Assembly (NCBI GenBank): GCA_015060685.1 | Contig: SUXZ01000010.1 | Coordinates: 6,514-70,513 of the forward strand | Direction of reading: 5' to 3' | From: Mediterranea massiliensis | Lineage (GTDB): Bacteria > Bacteroidota > Bacteroidia > Bacteroidales > Bacteroidaceae | DNA length: 64,000 nucleotides | Part shown: piece by piece, positions 38,423 to 46,341 of the stretch | How the letters are laid out: every line of letters begins with the position of its first letter | Numbering within the stretch: the stretch's first letter is position 1 | Translations under genes and position numbers: made by a program | Notes under the pieces: generated by a model | What the model saw: the letters and a program-made list of their open reading frames with translations, nothing else | What the model was told of the DNA's origin: nothing | The model's database searches: none

Positions 38423-39589
38423 TTGGCAATACATCTTTTCAACCCCGATACCGACCAGGCCCTGGCGCATCACGGCGCCCACTACCTGCCGTCCAAATCC
38501 ATCATCCAACTGATGGACGACCTTGCCCTGCTGCCCCTCTGGTATGCCCCTGCCGGAAGCGCCCTGCTCGTGCCGCGTGCCACCACCGTCGCCGCGCTGC
38601 CACCCGCCTTGCAGGCGTTCGCCGCTCAGGACATCACCCTGCTCACGTGGGACGAGCTTGCCGCCGCCAACGGCCATTGCATCATCCCCTGGGGTTGGAA
38701 CCTCGCCCTGCGCCACCGCCTGCTGCAAAGCGGTGTAGATGAATCCCTTCTGCCCACCGCCCGGCAGATAGAAACCCTGCGCCAGCTCTCCTCGCGCCAC
38801 ACCATCGCCCCCTTGCTCGATGCCTTTGCCGGCCGCCCTCAGTTCGTGGGGCAGGTGCAGTGCCTCACCACCCTCGAGCAGTGTCGCAGCTATGTAGATG
38901 GCCGTCCGTCGCTCCTCAAACTGCCGTGGAGCAGTAGCGGAAAAGGCCTTAACTGGTGCCGTCACGGCTTCACTCCCCTCATCCAGTCGTGGTGTGCCAA
39001 GGCCCTGCGCACCCAAGGCAGCATTCAGGCTGCCCCCATCTACCACAAAGTGTTCGACTTCGCCATGGAGTTTCACCTCGCCGCCCCCGGTCAGTGTCGC
39101 TTCATCGGCTACTCCCGCTTCATCACCAACGATAGCGGCGCCTACCAGGGCAACCTCCTTGCCTCCGACTCTCGCATCGAGCGCGAAATCCACACCTACC
39201 TTCCTGCCGGCACCCTGTCGCTGACGCGTCAACTGCTCCTTCCCGCGCTCACCGAGCTTTCGCACCGCTACCAGGGTCCTTTAGGCATCGACATGATGGT
39301 TTGTCTCGAAGAGGGCACCTACCGCCTGCACCCCTGTGTGGAGATGAACCTCCGCCTCAACATGGGCATTGTGGCCCACACCATCCACCGTCGCCACCTC
39401 CATCCCGACGCGTGCGGCCATTTCCGCCTCCACCATTTCCCCACGCCTCAGGCACTCCAGGCCGAAGCCGCCCGCCTTGCCGCCCTCCATCCCCTGCAGC
39501 TGGACGAAGGCCGCATCCTCCACGGCTTCATGCCCCTTGTACCCATCACCCCCCAAACCCAAAACCTCGCCTATCTGTTGGTGTTTTAG
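38423..39589 (+). CDS. ATP-grasp-fold protein of unknown substrate
   Basis: LKLPWSSSGKG loop, GPLGIDM and CVEMNLRLNMG (ExNxR); TTG start. Confidence 0.65.
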   Translation: MAIHLFNPDTDQALAHHGAHYLPSKSIIQLMDDLALLPLWYAPAGSALLVPRATTVAALPPALQAFAAQDITLLTWDELAAANGHCIIPWGWNLALRHRLLQSGVDESLLPTARQIETLRQLSSRHTIAPLLDAFAGRPQFVGQVQCLTTLEQCRSYVDGRPSLLKLPWSSSGKGLNWCRHGFTPLIQSWCAKALRTQGSIQAAPIYHKVFDFAMEFHLAAPGQCRFIGYSRFITNDSGAYQGNLLASDSRIEREIHTYLPAGTLSLTRQLLLPALTELSHRYQGPLGIDMMVCLEEGTYRLHPCVEMNLRLNMGIVAHTIHRRHLHPDACGHFRLHHFPTPQALQAEAARLAALHPLQLDEGRILHGFMPLVPITPQTQNLAYLLVF

Positions 39590-39745
39590 TGAGTTAGTGT
39601 GGTTGTAGGGACACGGCGTGCCGTGTCCGCAGTAGTCAAGTAGTCAAGTAGTCAAGTAGAATAGTGTGGCCATCACCAATCACTAACCGCTAATCACTAA
39701 TCACTAATCACTAACCGCTAACCGCTAACCATTCATCACTAACTA
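39587..39745 (+). repeat. Octamers, REP, (AGTAGTCA)3 and a heptamer array (TAATCAC/TAACCGC)
   Basis: REP GTAGGGACACGGCGTGCCGTGTCCG at 39605-39629 with flanking tandem arrays. Confidence 0.88.
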
Positions 39746-39950
39746 CGTTGCAAAGATACAACCCGCCAACCCCTTTTGCAACTATTTTCGCCCCTCATTT
39801 TTTTATTAACATTTGCCCTGCTCCAAATGTTAAAAGAATCCTTTCTGCCTGCCGAACGCACACCGCGCGCGCACGGAATTTTTTCCGTAAGTCTGCGCTA
39901 TGCTTTCGGTGGATGGGTGGTTTCCTTGTCGTCTTCCGAGCACAAAAAGT

Positions 39951-40144
39951 TCACAGTTATCTCAGTTCACAGTTTATTTTTCGCGCTATGCACCTCCAAT
40001 AAGCAGCGAAAAACTACTTGTAAAGATATTTCATTATATATATAATATATTATATATATTATTATATAATCATTCGGGTTCATCTTTTCTTCGGGATTGA
40101 AAGGGGGTATGCAAAAAAATAACTGTGAACTGAGATAACTGTGA
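39951..40144. repeat. 24-bp perfect inverted repeat flanking an AT-rich core
   Basis: TCACAGTTATCTCAGTTCACAGTT (39951-39974) is the reverse complement of 40121-40144. Confidence 0.9.
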
Positions 40145-40329
40145 CATTTTACCCCGAAAGTGTACGATATTGCCAAGTCTTTGTACGATTCTGCATGGTC
40201 TGTTTGCGAAATAAAGTGGTATATTGTCGCGCACGCGAGGAAATAAACAAGGCGAATAAAAATTTACGGAAATCTGCTTGCGGTTCAAAATATTATCCCT
40301 ATATTTGCAAGCACAACAATTTATTAACC

Positions 40330-40419
40330 ATGGAAATAGCAAAGGTATTAACACAAATTAACAAAATGGGGGGGGGTAAAAAATCCTACCTCATCGGCGT
40401 ATTGCGTTGCTATTCATAA
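40330..40419 (+). other. Small ORF (29 aa) with a G9 tract
   Basis: MEIAKVLTQINKMGGGKKSYLIGVLRCYS, with G9 at 40368-40376, downstream of a TATATTTG promoter box. Confidence 0.4.
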
Positions 40420-40584
40420 CCCCATAATCCCCCTTACAAGCATTTTTCTGGGCGACTTGTTGCATCTATCCCCGATGCAGCAGGCCGCTCTTTTTTTGTC
40501 GGATTTGCAAAAACGATGGGACACCATAAACCGGAACATTTTTAATAGATAAACCAATATAAACAACTAAAAAATGAATGAAAA

Positions 40585-40710
40585 ATGAAAGAAACAGTAT
40601 TTCAAGACTACGAAGCTCCACAGGTGGAGATAGTAGAAGTAGAGGTGGAACGAGGATTTGAGGCATCGGCCAAATGGTTCGGTCCTGAAGACGACTGGGA
40701 TAATCCGTAA
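40585..40710 (+). CDS. 41-aa acidic peptide, copy 1
   Basis: MKETVFQDYEAPQVEIVEVEVERGFEASAKWFGPEDDWDNP. An A-rich Bacteroidetes-type translation start and a duplicated paralogue support coding status. Confidence 0.8.
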   Translation: MKETVFQDYEAPQVEIVEVEVERGFEASAKWFGPEDDWDNP

Positions 40711-40737
40711 GTCTAACAACTAAAACAAGAACGAAAA

Positions 40738-41673
40738 ATGAAAAAGATATTTTTTGCATTGGCAGCCCTTGTGCTTGCCTTTACCGGATGCAGCCAGGAA
40801 GAGGATGCCATCCAAGTGAGCGAAAAGAAAGCCGTCAAGGTAGTGGTAAATATGGATAAGCCGGGCTTTGGCACTGATACTCGCGCCGCTCGTACCGGTT
40901 GGGAAGAGGGCGATGAAGTGGTAGTAACACTGGCTGGTCAACTTACTGCCTATGTAAAGCTGACCTATCAAAATGATAAAACATGGGAAACTGCTTTTTA
41001 TAGATATGATGAAGATGAAGAAGGGTATATAGAACTAACAGAAGAGCAGTCAGCATCTTTTATTGCAGAAATAGAAACAGCACTACCTTCTGGCTCAGTA
41101 AAAGCAGCCTATTTCTCTTCGGGTGTTTTGGGAGTTAATTATAATGAAACATATGTACACATTATAACGAAAGCCTTAACGCAAAATAAGGGCGAATGTA
41201 TCATGACTTGCGAGGATGGTGAATATAGCGTGAGTGGAGGCGCATTAACTTTGAACATCACCATGATTCCCCAAGTAGCCCAATTCACTATCAAGGATTT
41301 AAATGTAGAGGATGATTATATTGTGTGTTATGAGGGAACAATAACAGCCTATGCCAGTGGAATAATTAATGCCGATGGTGTTGAATTGAATCCCGTGGGA
41401 GCGCTCGGTGGAAATCATGGTGCTTGGGTTCATGATAATAAAGATGGCATTTCAATCTATGCCAGTCCGTGGGAAGAAGTACCGGATGGATTTCAAGAGG
41501 CAGTTATATCGAAAGGCGGTTTAGGCTTTTTTTGCTTTTTTCTTTATGATACTGCTGATAATGGATATTACCGTGATTTTCATGGAAAGAGTACCTTGAA
41601 AAATGGCGGTGCTGTGATTTTTGATGGTCCTACTACACCTGGTGCTGTAAGTTGGATTACCCCCATCCCCTAA
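40738..41673 (+). CDS. Fimbrillin-like (type V pilin-like) surface lipoprotein, copy 1
   Basis: LAFTGC lipobox with SQEED export signal; DTRAARTGWEEGDEV (TR..W..GD motif typical of Bacteroidales fimbrillins). Confidence 0.7.
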   Translation: MKKIFFALAALVLAFTGCSQEEDAIQVSEKKAVKVVVNMDKPGFGTDTRAARTGWEEGDEVVVTLAGQLTAYVKLTYQNDKTWETAFYRYDEDEEGYIELTEEQSASFIAEIETALPSGSVKAAYFSSGVLGVNYNETYVHIITKALTQNKGECIMTCEDGEYSVSGGALTLNITMIPQVAQFTIKDLNVEDDYIVCYEGTITAYASGIINADGVELNPVGALGGNHGAWVHDNKDGISIYASPWEEVPDGFQEAVISKGGLGFFCFFLYDTADNGYYRDFHGKSTLKNGGAVIFDGPTTPGAVSWITPIP

Positions 41674-41684
41674 AATAATCTCTT

Positions 41685-41716
41685 AAAGGTTGCACTTCGG
41701 TGCAGCCTTTTTTTTT
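41685..41716 (+). terminator. Intrinsic terminator of cassette 1
   Basis: AAAGGTTGCA-CTTCGG-TGCAGCCTTT plus a T tract. Confidence 0.85.
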
Positions 41717-42074
41717 GTTTCCTTCGGACGGTTGATGCTGCTCCACCCCGCTCCTGATAGGCTGTGAGAGGGGGTGCTTAAATAGTTGAAACATCGGTTA
41801 AAAACTTTCTGTATTTTTTCTTGCAAGAATGAAAATGGCATACTAATTTTGCGTGCAATCGACAGTACACCGAGAGGTGTGCTAATATTAATCTCTTAAA
41901 ACCTATATAATAAATGAAAACATATTCATTTACTGCATCTCAAGTAGTGGGTAGTTGAGGACAATACGCAATAGATGTAGCGTCTGCAAAGACGCGAATT
42001 TGCAAACGATGGGACACCATAAACCGAACATTTTTAATAGATAAACTAATATAAACAACTAAAAAACAAAGAAA

Positions 42075-42200
42075 ATGAAAGAAACAGTATTTCAAGACTA
42101 CGAAGCTCCACAGGTGGAGATAGTAGAAGTAGAGGTAGAACGAGGATTTGAGGCATCGGCCAAATGGTTCGGTCCTGAAAAAAATTGGGATGATGAATAA
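42075..42200 (+). CDS. 41-aa acidic peptide, copy 2
   Basis: MKETVFQDYEAPQVEIVEVEVERGFEASAKWFGPEKNWDDE. Confidence 0.8.
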   Translation: MKETVFQDYEAPQVEIVEVEVERGFEASAKWFGPEKNWDDE

Positions 42201-42234
42201 CAAGTATGTCTAACAACTAAAACAAGAACGAAAA

Positions 42235-43224
42235 ATGAAAAAGATATTTTTTGCATTGGCAGCCCTTGTGCTTGCCTTTACCGGATGCAGCCAGGAAGAG
42301 GATGCCATCCAAGTGAGCGAAAAGAAGGCCATCAAGGTAGTGGTAAATATGGATAAGCCGGGCTTTGGCGAAGATACTCGCCAAGCTCGTACCGGTTGGG
42401 AAGAGGGAGATGAAGTGGATGTTATGTTGGGCGGCGATTTAGGGCATCTGATAGCGCTAAAGTATGATGGAACCAGTTGGAAGGAAGTGGTGTTGTCTTT
42501 TGATGCTGCTGATGGGGAATGGGAAGAGGTCGATGAGGAAGAAGCAAATGATTATTTGGCCAATTTACCCAGCAGCGGTGACTTGAAAGCCATTTATTGC
42601 TCTTCAGGTATTAGTTATTTTGCACCAATCCCATTGGCTGCTATACCTGCTGCTCAACTTACCGGTATAAATATTTATTCTAATGCTCGTGATAATGAGG
42701 ATTACGACTATTACTTAGAAAAGGATATTCCTAATCCTTTAGGCGAATGTATCATGACTTGCGAGGATGGTACTTATAGTGCAAGCGGTGGCGTATTAAC
42801 TTTGACCATCACCATGATTCCCCAAGTAGCCCAATTCACTATCAAGGATTTAAATGTAGAGGATGATTATACAGTGGAGTATGCGGGAACAATGACAGCC
42901 TATGCTGGTGGTACTATTACACCTACCGGTGTTGAATTGAATCCCGTGGGAGAACCCTTTGATCCATATGGTGCTTGGGTTCATGATAATGAAGATGGCA
43001 TTTCAATCTATGCCAGTCCGTGGCAAGTAGCACCGGATGGAGTTAATCAGTCAAAGCTTGATAAAGTAGGTTTAGGCTATTTTTTGTTTATTTTTTATGA
43101 TGCTGATGATAATGAATATTACCGTGAATTTCCAGGAAAGACTGACTTGAAAAATGGTGATGCCGTGATTTTTGATGGTCCTACTACCGTTGGCGCTGAA
43201 GATAAATGGGTTGAACCAGTATAA
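42235..43224 (+). CDS. Fimbrillin-like surface lipoprotein, copy 2
   Basis: 58 of the first 61 residues are identical to copy 1; DTRQARTGWEEGDEV. Confidence 0.7.
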   Translation: MKKIFFALAALVLAFTGCSQEEDAIQVSEKKAIKVVVNMDKPGFGEDTRQARTGWEEGDEVDVMLGGDLGHLIALKYDGTSWKEVVLSFDAADGEWEEVDEEEANDYLANLPSSGDLKAIYCSSGISYFAPIPLAAIPAAQLTGINIYSNARDNEDYDYYLEKDIPNPLGECIMTCEDGTYSASGGVLTLTITMIPQVAQFTIKDLNVEDDYTVEYAGTMTAYAGGTITPTGVELNPVGEPFDPYGAWVHDNEDGISIYASPWQVAPDGVNQSKLDKVGLGYFLFIFYDADDNEYYREFPGKTDLKNGDAVIFDGPTTVGAEDKWVEPV

Positions 43225-43249
43225 CCCCTCTCCAAAAAAATAATCTCTT

Positions 43250-43279
43250 AAAGGTTGCACTTCGGTGCAGCCTTTTTTT
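43250..43279 (+). terminator. Intrinsic terminator of cassette 2
   Basis: Same hairpin sequence as the cassette 1 terminator. Confidence 0.85.
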
Positions 43280-43412
43280 ATATTCTAATTGTCGGCAGAT
43301 ATTGGTTTGTTCGGGTAATCAAGCAGCATTTTGTCAGCAAGTGAGTACGATATAGGAACGTACTCACCGGCTGACTTTTTGATAGTCTATGATGCTTTGA
43401 AATAAAGCCTGG

Positions 43413-43598
43413 TTATTTCTTCTTCTTTCTCCTTTTCGCCTTTCTCTTTTCCTCCTCTTTTCTCCATTTCCTTCTTTGCCATAGGTCTTGCAGATATATT
43501 ATAATGATTAATATGATTATTGCAGCAAGAAAAACCCATATTATTCTCGGAATGAGAAGACATGTAAATATAAACCATAGTAGCGCACTGATCCACAT
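43413..43598 (-). CDS. Small membrane protein with a lysine/arginine-rich tail
   Basis: Hydrophobic N-terminal half and basic tail; downstream hairpin GTGAGTACG/CGTACTCAC. Confidence 0.5.
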   Translation of the reverse strand: MWISALLWFIFTCLLIPRIIWVFLAAIIILIIIIYLQDLWQRRKWRKEEEKRKAKRRKKKK

Positions 43599-43857
43599 AC
43601 TTGTTCCTCCTATAGTTAAAGGTTTCTAAGTTTATGCAACTCGCTGATAATGTTGGCGAAGATAAAGGCGAAGAAGGCGATGATGAGGGTGGCGCCGAGG
43701 ATGTTGATTGCACGCTTGAAGGGGCGATGGGGAGGTATGGTTTCAAGTGATTAGCGACTAGCTACTAGTGATTAGTGAAATCAAAAATCATAACTCAAAA
43801 AGGCCATTCTATATTTCCATTATTCATTTTTTTTAGCCATATTTGCACCATAAATTT

Positions 43858-44859
43858 ATGAGTAACAAAGTGAGCTATATACCGCCTTTTTCTGTGAGTG
43901 CCGAAGCTATCAATCTGATTGCGCAAATATCGGCTCAAATTGAACGCTATGCCATCCGTTTAGAGCAGAGCGATGGGCTTCGTTTGCGTAAAGCTAATCG
44001 CATAAAAACCATTCATAGTTCGCTAGCTATAGAGGGTAACAAACTGACGGAAGGGCAAGTGAGCGATATTATTAACGGAAAAAATGTAGTGGCACCGCTG
44101 CGCGATATTCAAGAGGTGAAGAATGCTATTGCTACCTACGACTTGTACGATAGCTTGGATGCCTTTAGCGTGGATGATTTGCTAAAAGCTCATGGCGTGA
44201 TGATGCAAGCGCTGACCAATGAGGCGGGGCGCTTCAGACGTGGCGGCGTAGGGGTGTTTGGCGAAACGGGATGTGTGCATATTGCACCTCCGGCCGATAG
44301 GGTGCCTTACTTGATAAAAGACCTTTTTGGATGGTTGCGCAATTCGACCGACCACTTGCTTATCCGTTCGTGCGTATTTCATTACGAATTTGAGTTCATA
44401 CATCCGTTTATTGATGGAAACGGACGCATGGGGCGTTTGTGGCAATCGCTTATCTTGGGCAAGTTGCATCCGCTTTTTCAGTTTTTGCCAGTAGAGAACA
44501 TGGTGCATGCCAATCAACAGGCTTATTATGATGCCATTGGTGAGAGTAGCCGAATAGGTAATAGTGCCCCTTTCATTGATTTTATGCTTCGTGAGATTTT
44601 GCACACATTGAAACAACACCAAGGTGATGTATTGGATGTCGGAACAAATGTCGGAACAAATGTCGGTATAAACATTGGAGAAAACGAGCGAAAGTTACTA
44701 TCTATTATTGCTCATTCACCCCAAGCAACTGCTCGCGAAATGGCTGATATATTGGGTGTTACTTCACGTCAGTGTGAGCGTGTTTTGGCAACGATGAAGC
44801 AAAAGGGATTGATTGCTCGTATTGGTGCAAACAAAGGCGGGTATTGGAAAATATTGTAA
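43858..44859 (+). CDS. Fic family protein with a C-terminal HTH
   Basis: HPFIDGNGRMGR, SLAIEGN inhibitory motif, VGTN linker repeats and a winged-HTH tail. Confidence 0.9.
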   Translation: MSNKVSYIPPFSVSAEAINLIAQISAQIERYAIRLEQSDGLRLRKANRIKTIHSSLAIEGNKLTEGQVSDIINGKNVVAPLRDIQEVKNAIATYDLYDSLDAFSVDDLLKAHGVMMQALTNEAGRFRRGGVGVFGETGCVHIAPPADRVPYLIKDLFGWLRNSTDHLLIRSCVFHYEFEFIHPFIDGNGRMGRLWQSLILGKLHPLFQFLPVENMVHANQQAYYDAIGESSRIGNSAPFIDFMLREILHTLKQHQGDVLDVGTNVGTNVGINIGENERKLLSIIAHSPQATAREMADILGVTSRQCERVLATMKQKGLIARIGANKGGYWKIL

Positions 44860-44872
44860 ACGACAGAAAGCT

Positions 44873-46087
44873 ATGTATATACTTATTTTATTGTTTTTAG
44901 TATCGCTTTGCGCTTGTGGCGGTGGCCAGGGTGGGGCGGATGAGCAAGGGAACGACTCGATTGTGGCCGAGGTGCCGATGAAGTATGGCTTGCCGATTGA
45001 GGAGTTTGCCGTGACCTACGACACGATACGCACGGGCGAGACGCTGGCCGAGGTGCTGATGGGATTCGGCATGTCGCCGGCACAGGTGTACGAACTGACG
45101 CAATGCCCCGACTCGGTGTTCGACGTGCGACGCATGCGCCCGGGACAGGCGTGTGCCTACCTGTGCAACAAGGACAGTGCCGCCACACCGCGATATTTTG
45201 TCTATGAGGAGAGCCGCAAGGCGTATGTGCGCTTCGACCTGACGGACAACTACAGACCTACACGTGCCGAGAAACCGAGCGAATGGCGCGAAGGCGAGGT
45301 GGCGGGCGAGGTGAACTCGTCGCTTTGGGTGGCCATGCAGGAGGCGGAGGCCTCGCCCATGCTGGCGGTGATGTTGTCGCACATCTTCGGGTGGAGCATC
45401 GACTTCTTCGGCATCCAGAAGGGGGATGAGTTCCGACTGATTTATGCGCAGGAGTTTGTGGAGGAGGAGCCGCTGAATAATTATAAGGTGTTGGCGGCAT
45501 CGTTCAAGGCGAATGATAGCTTGGTGTATGCCATACCGTTTGTGCAAGACGACGAGGAACTTTTCTACAATGTAAACGGCAACAGCTTGGAGGGGGCTTT
45601 CCTGAAGGCACCGCTCGACTTCTACCGCATTTCGTCGCGATTTACCAACAGCCGATTCCATCCGGTGCTGAAGCGATACAGGGCGCATCACGGCGTGGAT
45701 TATGCCGCGCCTACGGGCACGCCTGTCTATGCCATCGGTAGCGGAAAAGTGATAGACAAAGGGTATCAGGCTGGTGGAGGCGGCAACTATGTGAAGATTC
45801 GCCACAACAGCACCTACACCACAACGTACATGCACTTGTCGAAGTTTGCCAAGGGGCTGAAGGTGGGCGACCAAGTGGCGCAGAAGGAGGTGATTGGCTA
45901 TGTAGGCTCGACGGGGCTTTCTACAGGGCCGCACCTGGACTTCCGCGTGTACGAGAATGGCAAGCCTGTGAATCCGCTCACTATCAAATCGCAACCGAAG
46001 AAACCCATCAGTGAGGCGAATCGCGATTCGTTTGCCGTGGTGGCCGACTCGCTGGTGAAGCGACTAACCAATATCTTAAAAAAATAA
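44873..46087 (+). CDS. M23 peptidoglycan DD-endopeptidase lipoprotein
   Basis: Lipobox LCAC, HHGVDY (HxxxD) and TGPHL (HxH). Confidence 0.9.
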   Translation: MYILILLFLVSLCACGGGQGGADEQGNDSIVAEVPMKYGLPIEEFAVTYDTIRTGETLAEVLMGFGMSPAQVYELTQCPDSVFDVRRMRPGQACAYLCNKDSAATPRYFVYEESRKAYVRFDLTDNYRPTRAEKPSEWREGEVAGEVNSSLWVAMQEAEASPMLAVMLSHIFGWSIDFFGIQKGDEFRLIYAQEFVEEEPLNNYKVLAASFKANDSLVYAIPFVQDDEELFYNVNGNSLEGAFLKAPLDFYRISSRFTNSRFHPVLKRYRAHHGVDYAAPTGTPVYAIGSGKVIDKGYQAGGGGNYVKIRHNSTYTTTYMHLSKFAKGLKVGDQVAQKEVIGYVGSTGLSTGPHLDFRVYENGKPVNPLTIKSQPKKPISEANRDSFAVVADSLVKRLTNILKK

Positions 46088-46176
46088 AAAGTATTTGTAT
46101 ATTTTACAAGAAGTGCTTATATTTGCCCTTGTAAATTTAGAATCAATCTAAGTATTAACCAAAAAAAAGAAACCTT

Positions 46177-46341
46177 ATGAAAAAGTATATTTGTACAGTA
46201 TGTAATTGGGAATATGATCCCGAAGTTGGTGACCCTGAAGGCGGTATCGCTCCTGGTACGCAATTTGAAGATATCCCAGAAGATTGGGTATGCCCTTTGT
46301 GTGGCGTAGGAAAAGATGATTTCGAGGAGGTAGCCGAGTAA
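46177..46341 (+). CDS. Rubredoxin
   Basis: Manual translation [54 protein letters not shown]; below the ORF-track size cutoff. Confidence 0.97.
   Translation: MKKYICTVCNWEYDPEVGDPEGGIAPGTQFEDIPEDWVCPLCGVGKDDFEEVAE

Noticed and set aside
40738-43224. Diversity-generating retroelement TR/VR pair
   Set aside because: There is no reverse transcriptase in the window, the differences are not adenine-specific, and both copies are full genes.
43387-43746. 119-aa Ser/Pro-rich ORF
   Set aside because: It is a low-complexity product overlapping two more plausible frames (the small membrane protein and the gene remnant).
44635-44680. 12-bp tandem repeat in the Fic gene
   Set aside because: It encodes the in-frame VGTN linker common between Fic and HTH domains and is not a separate element.
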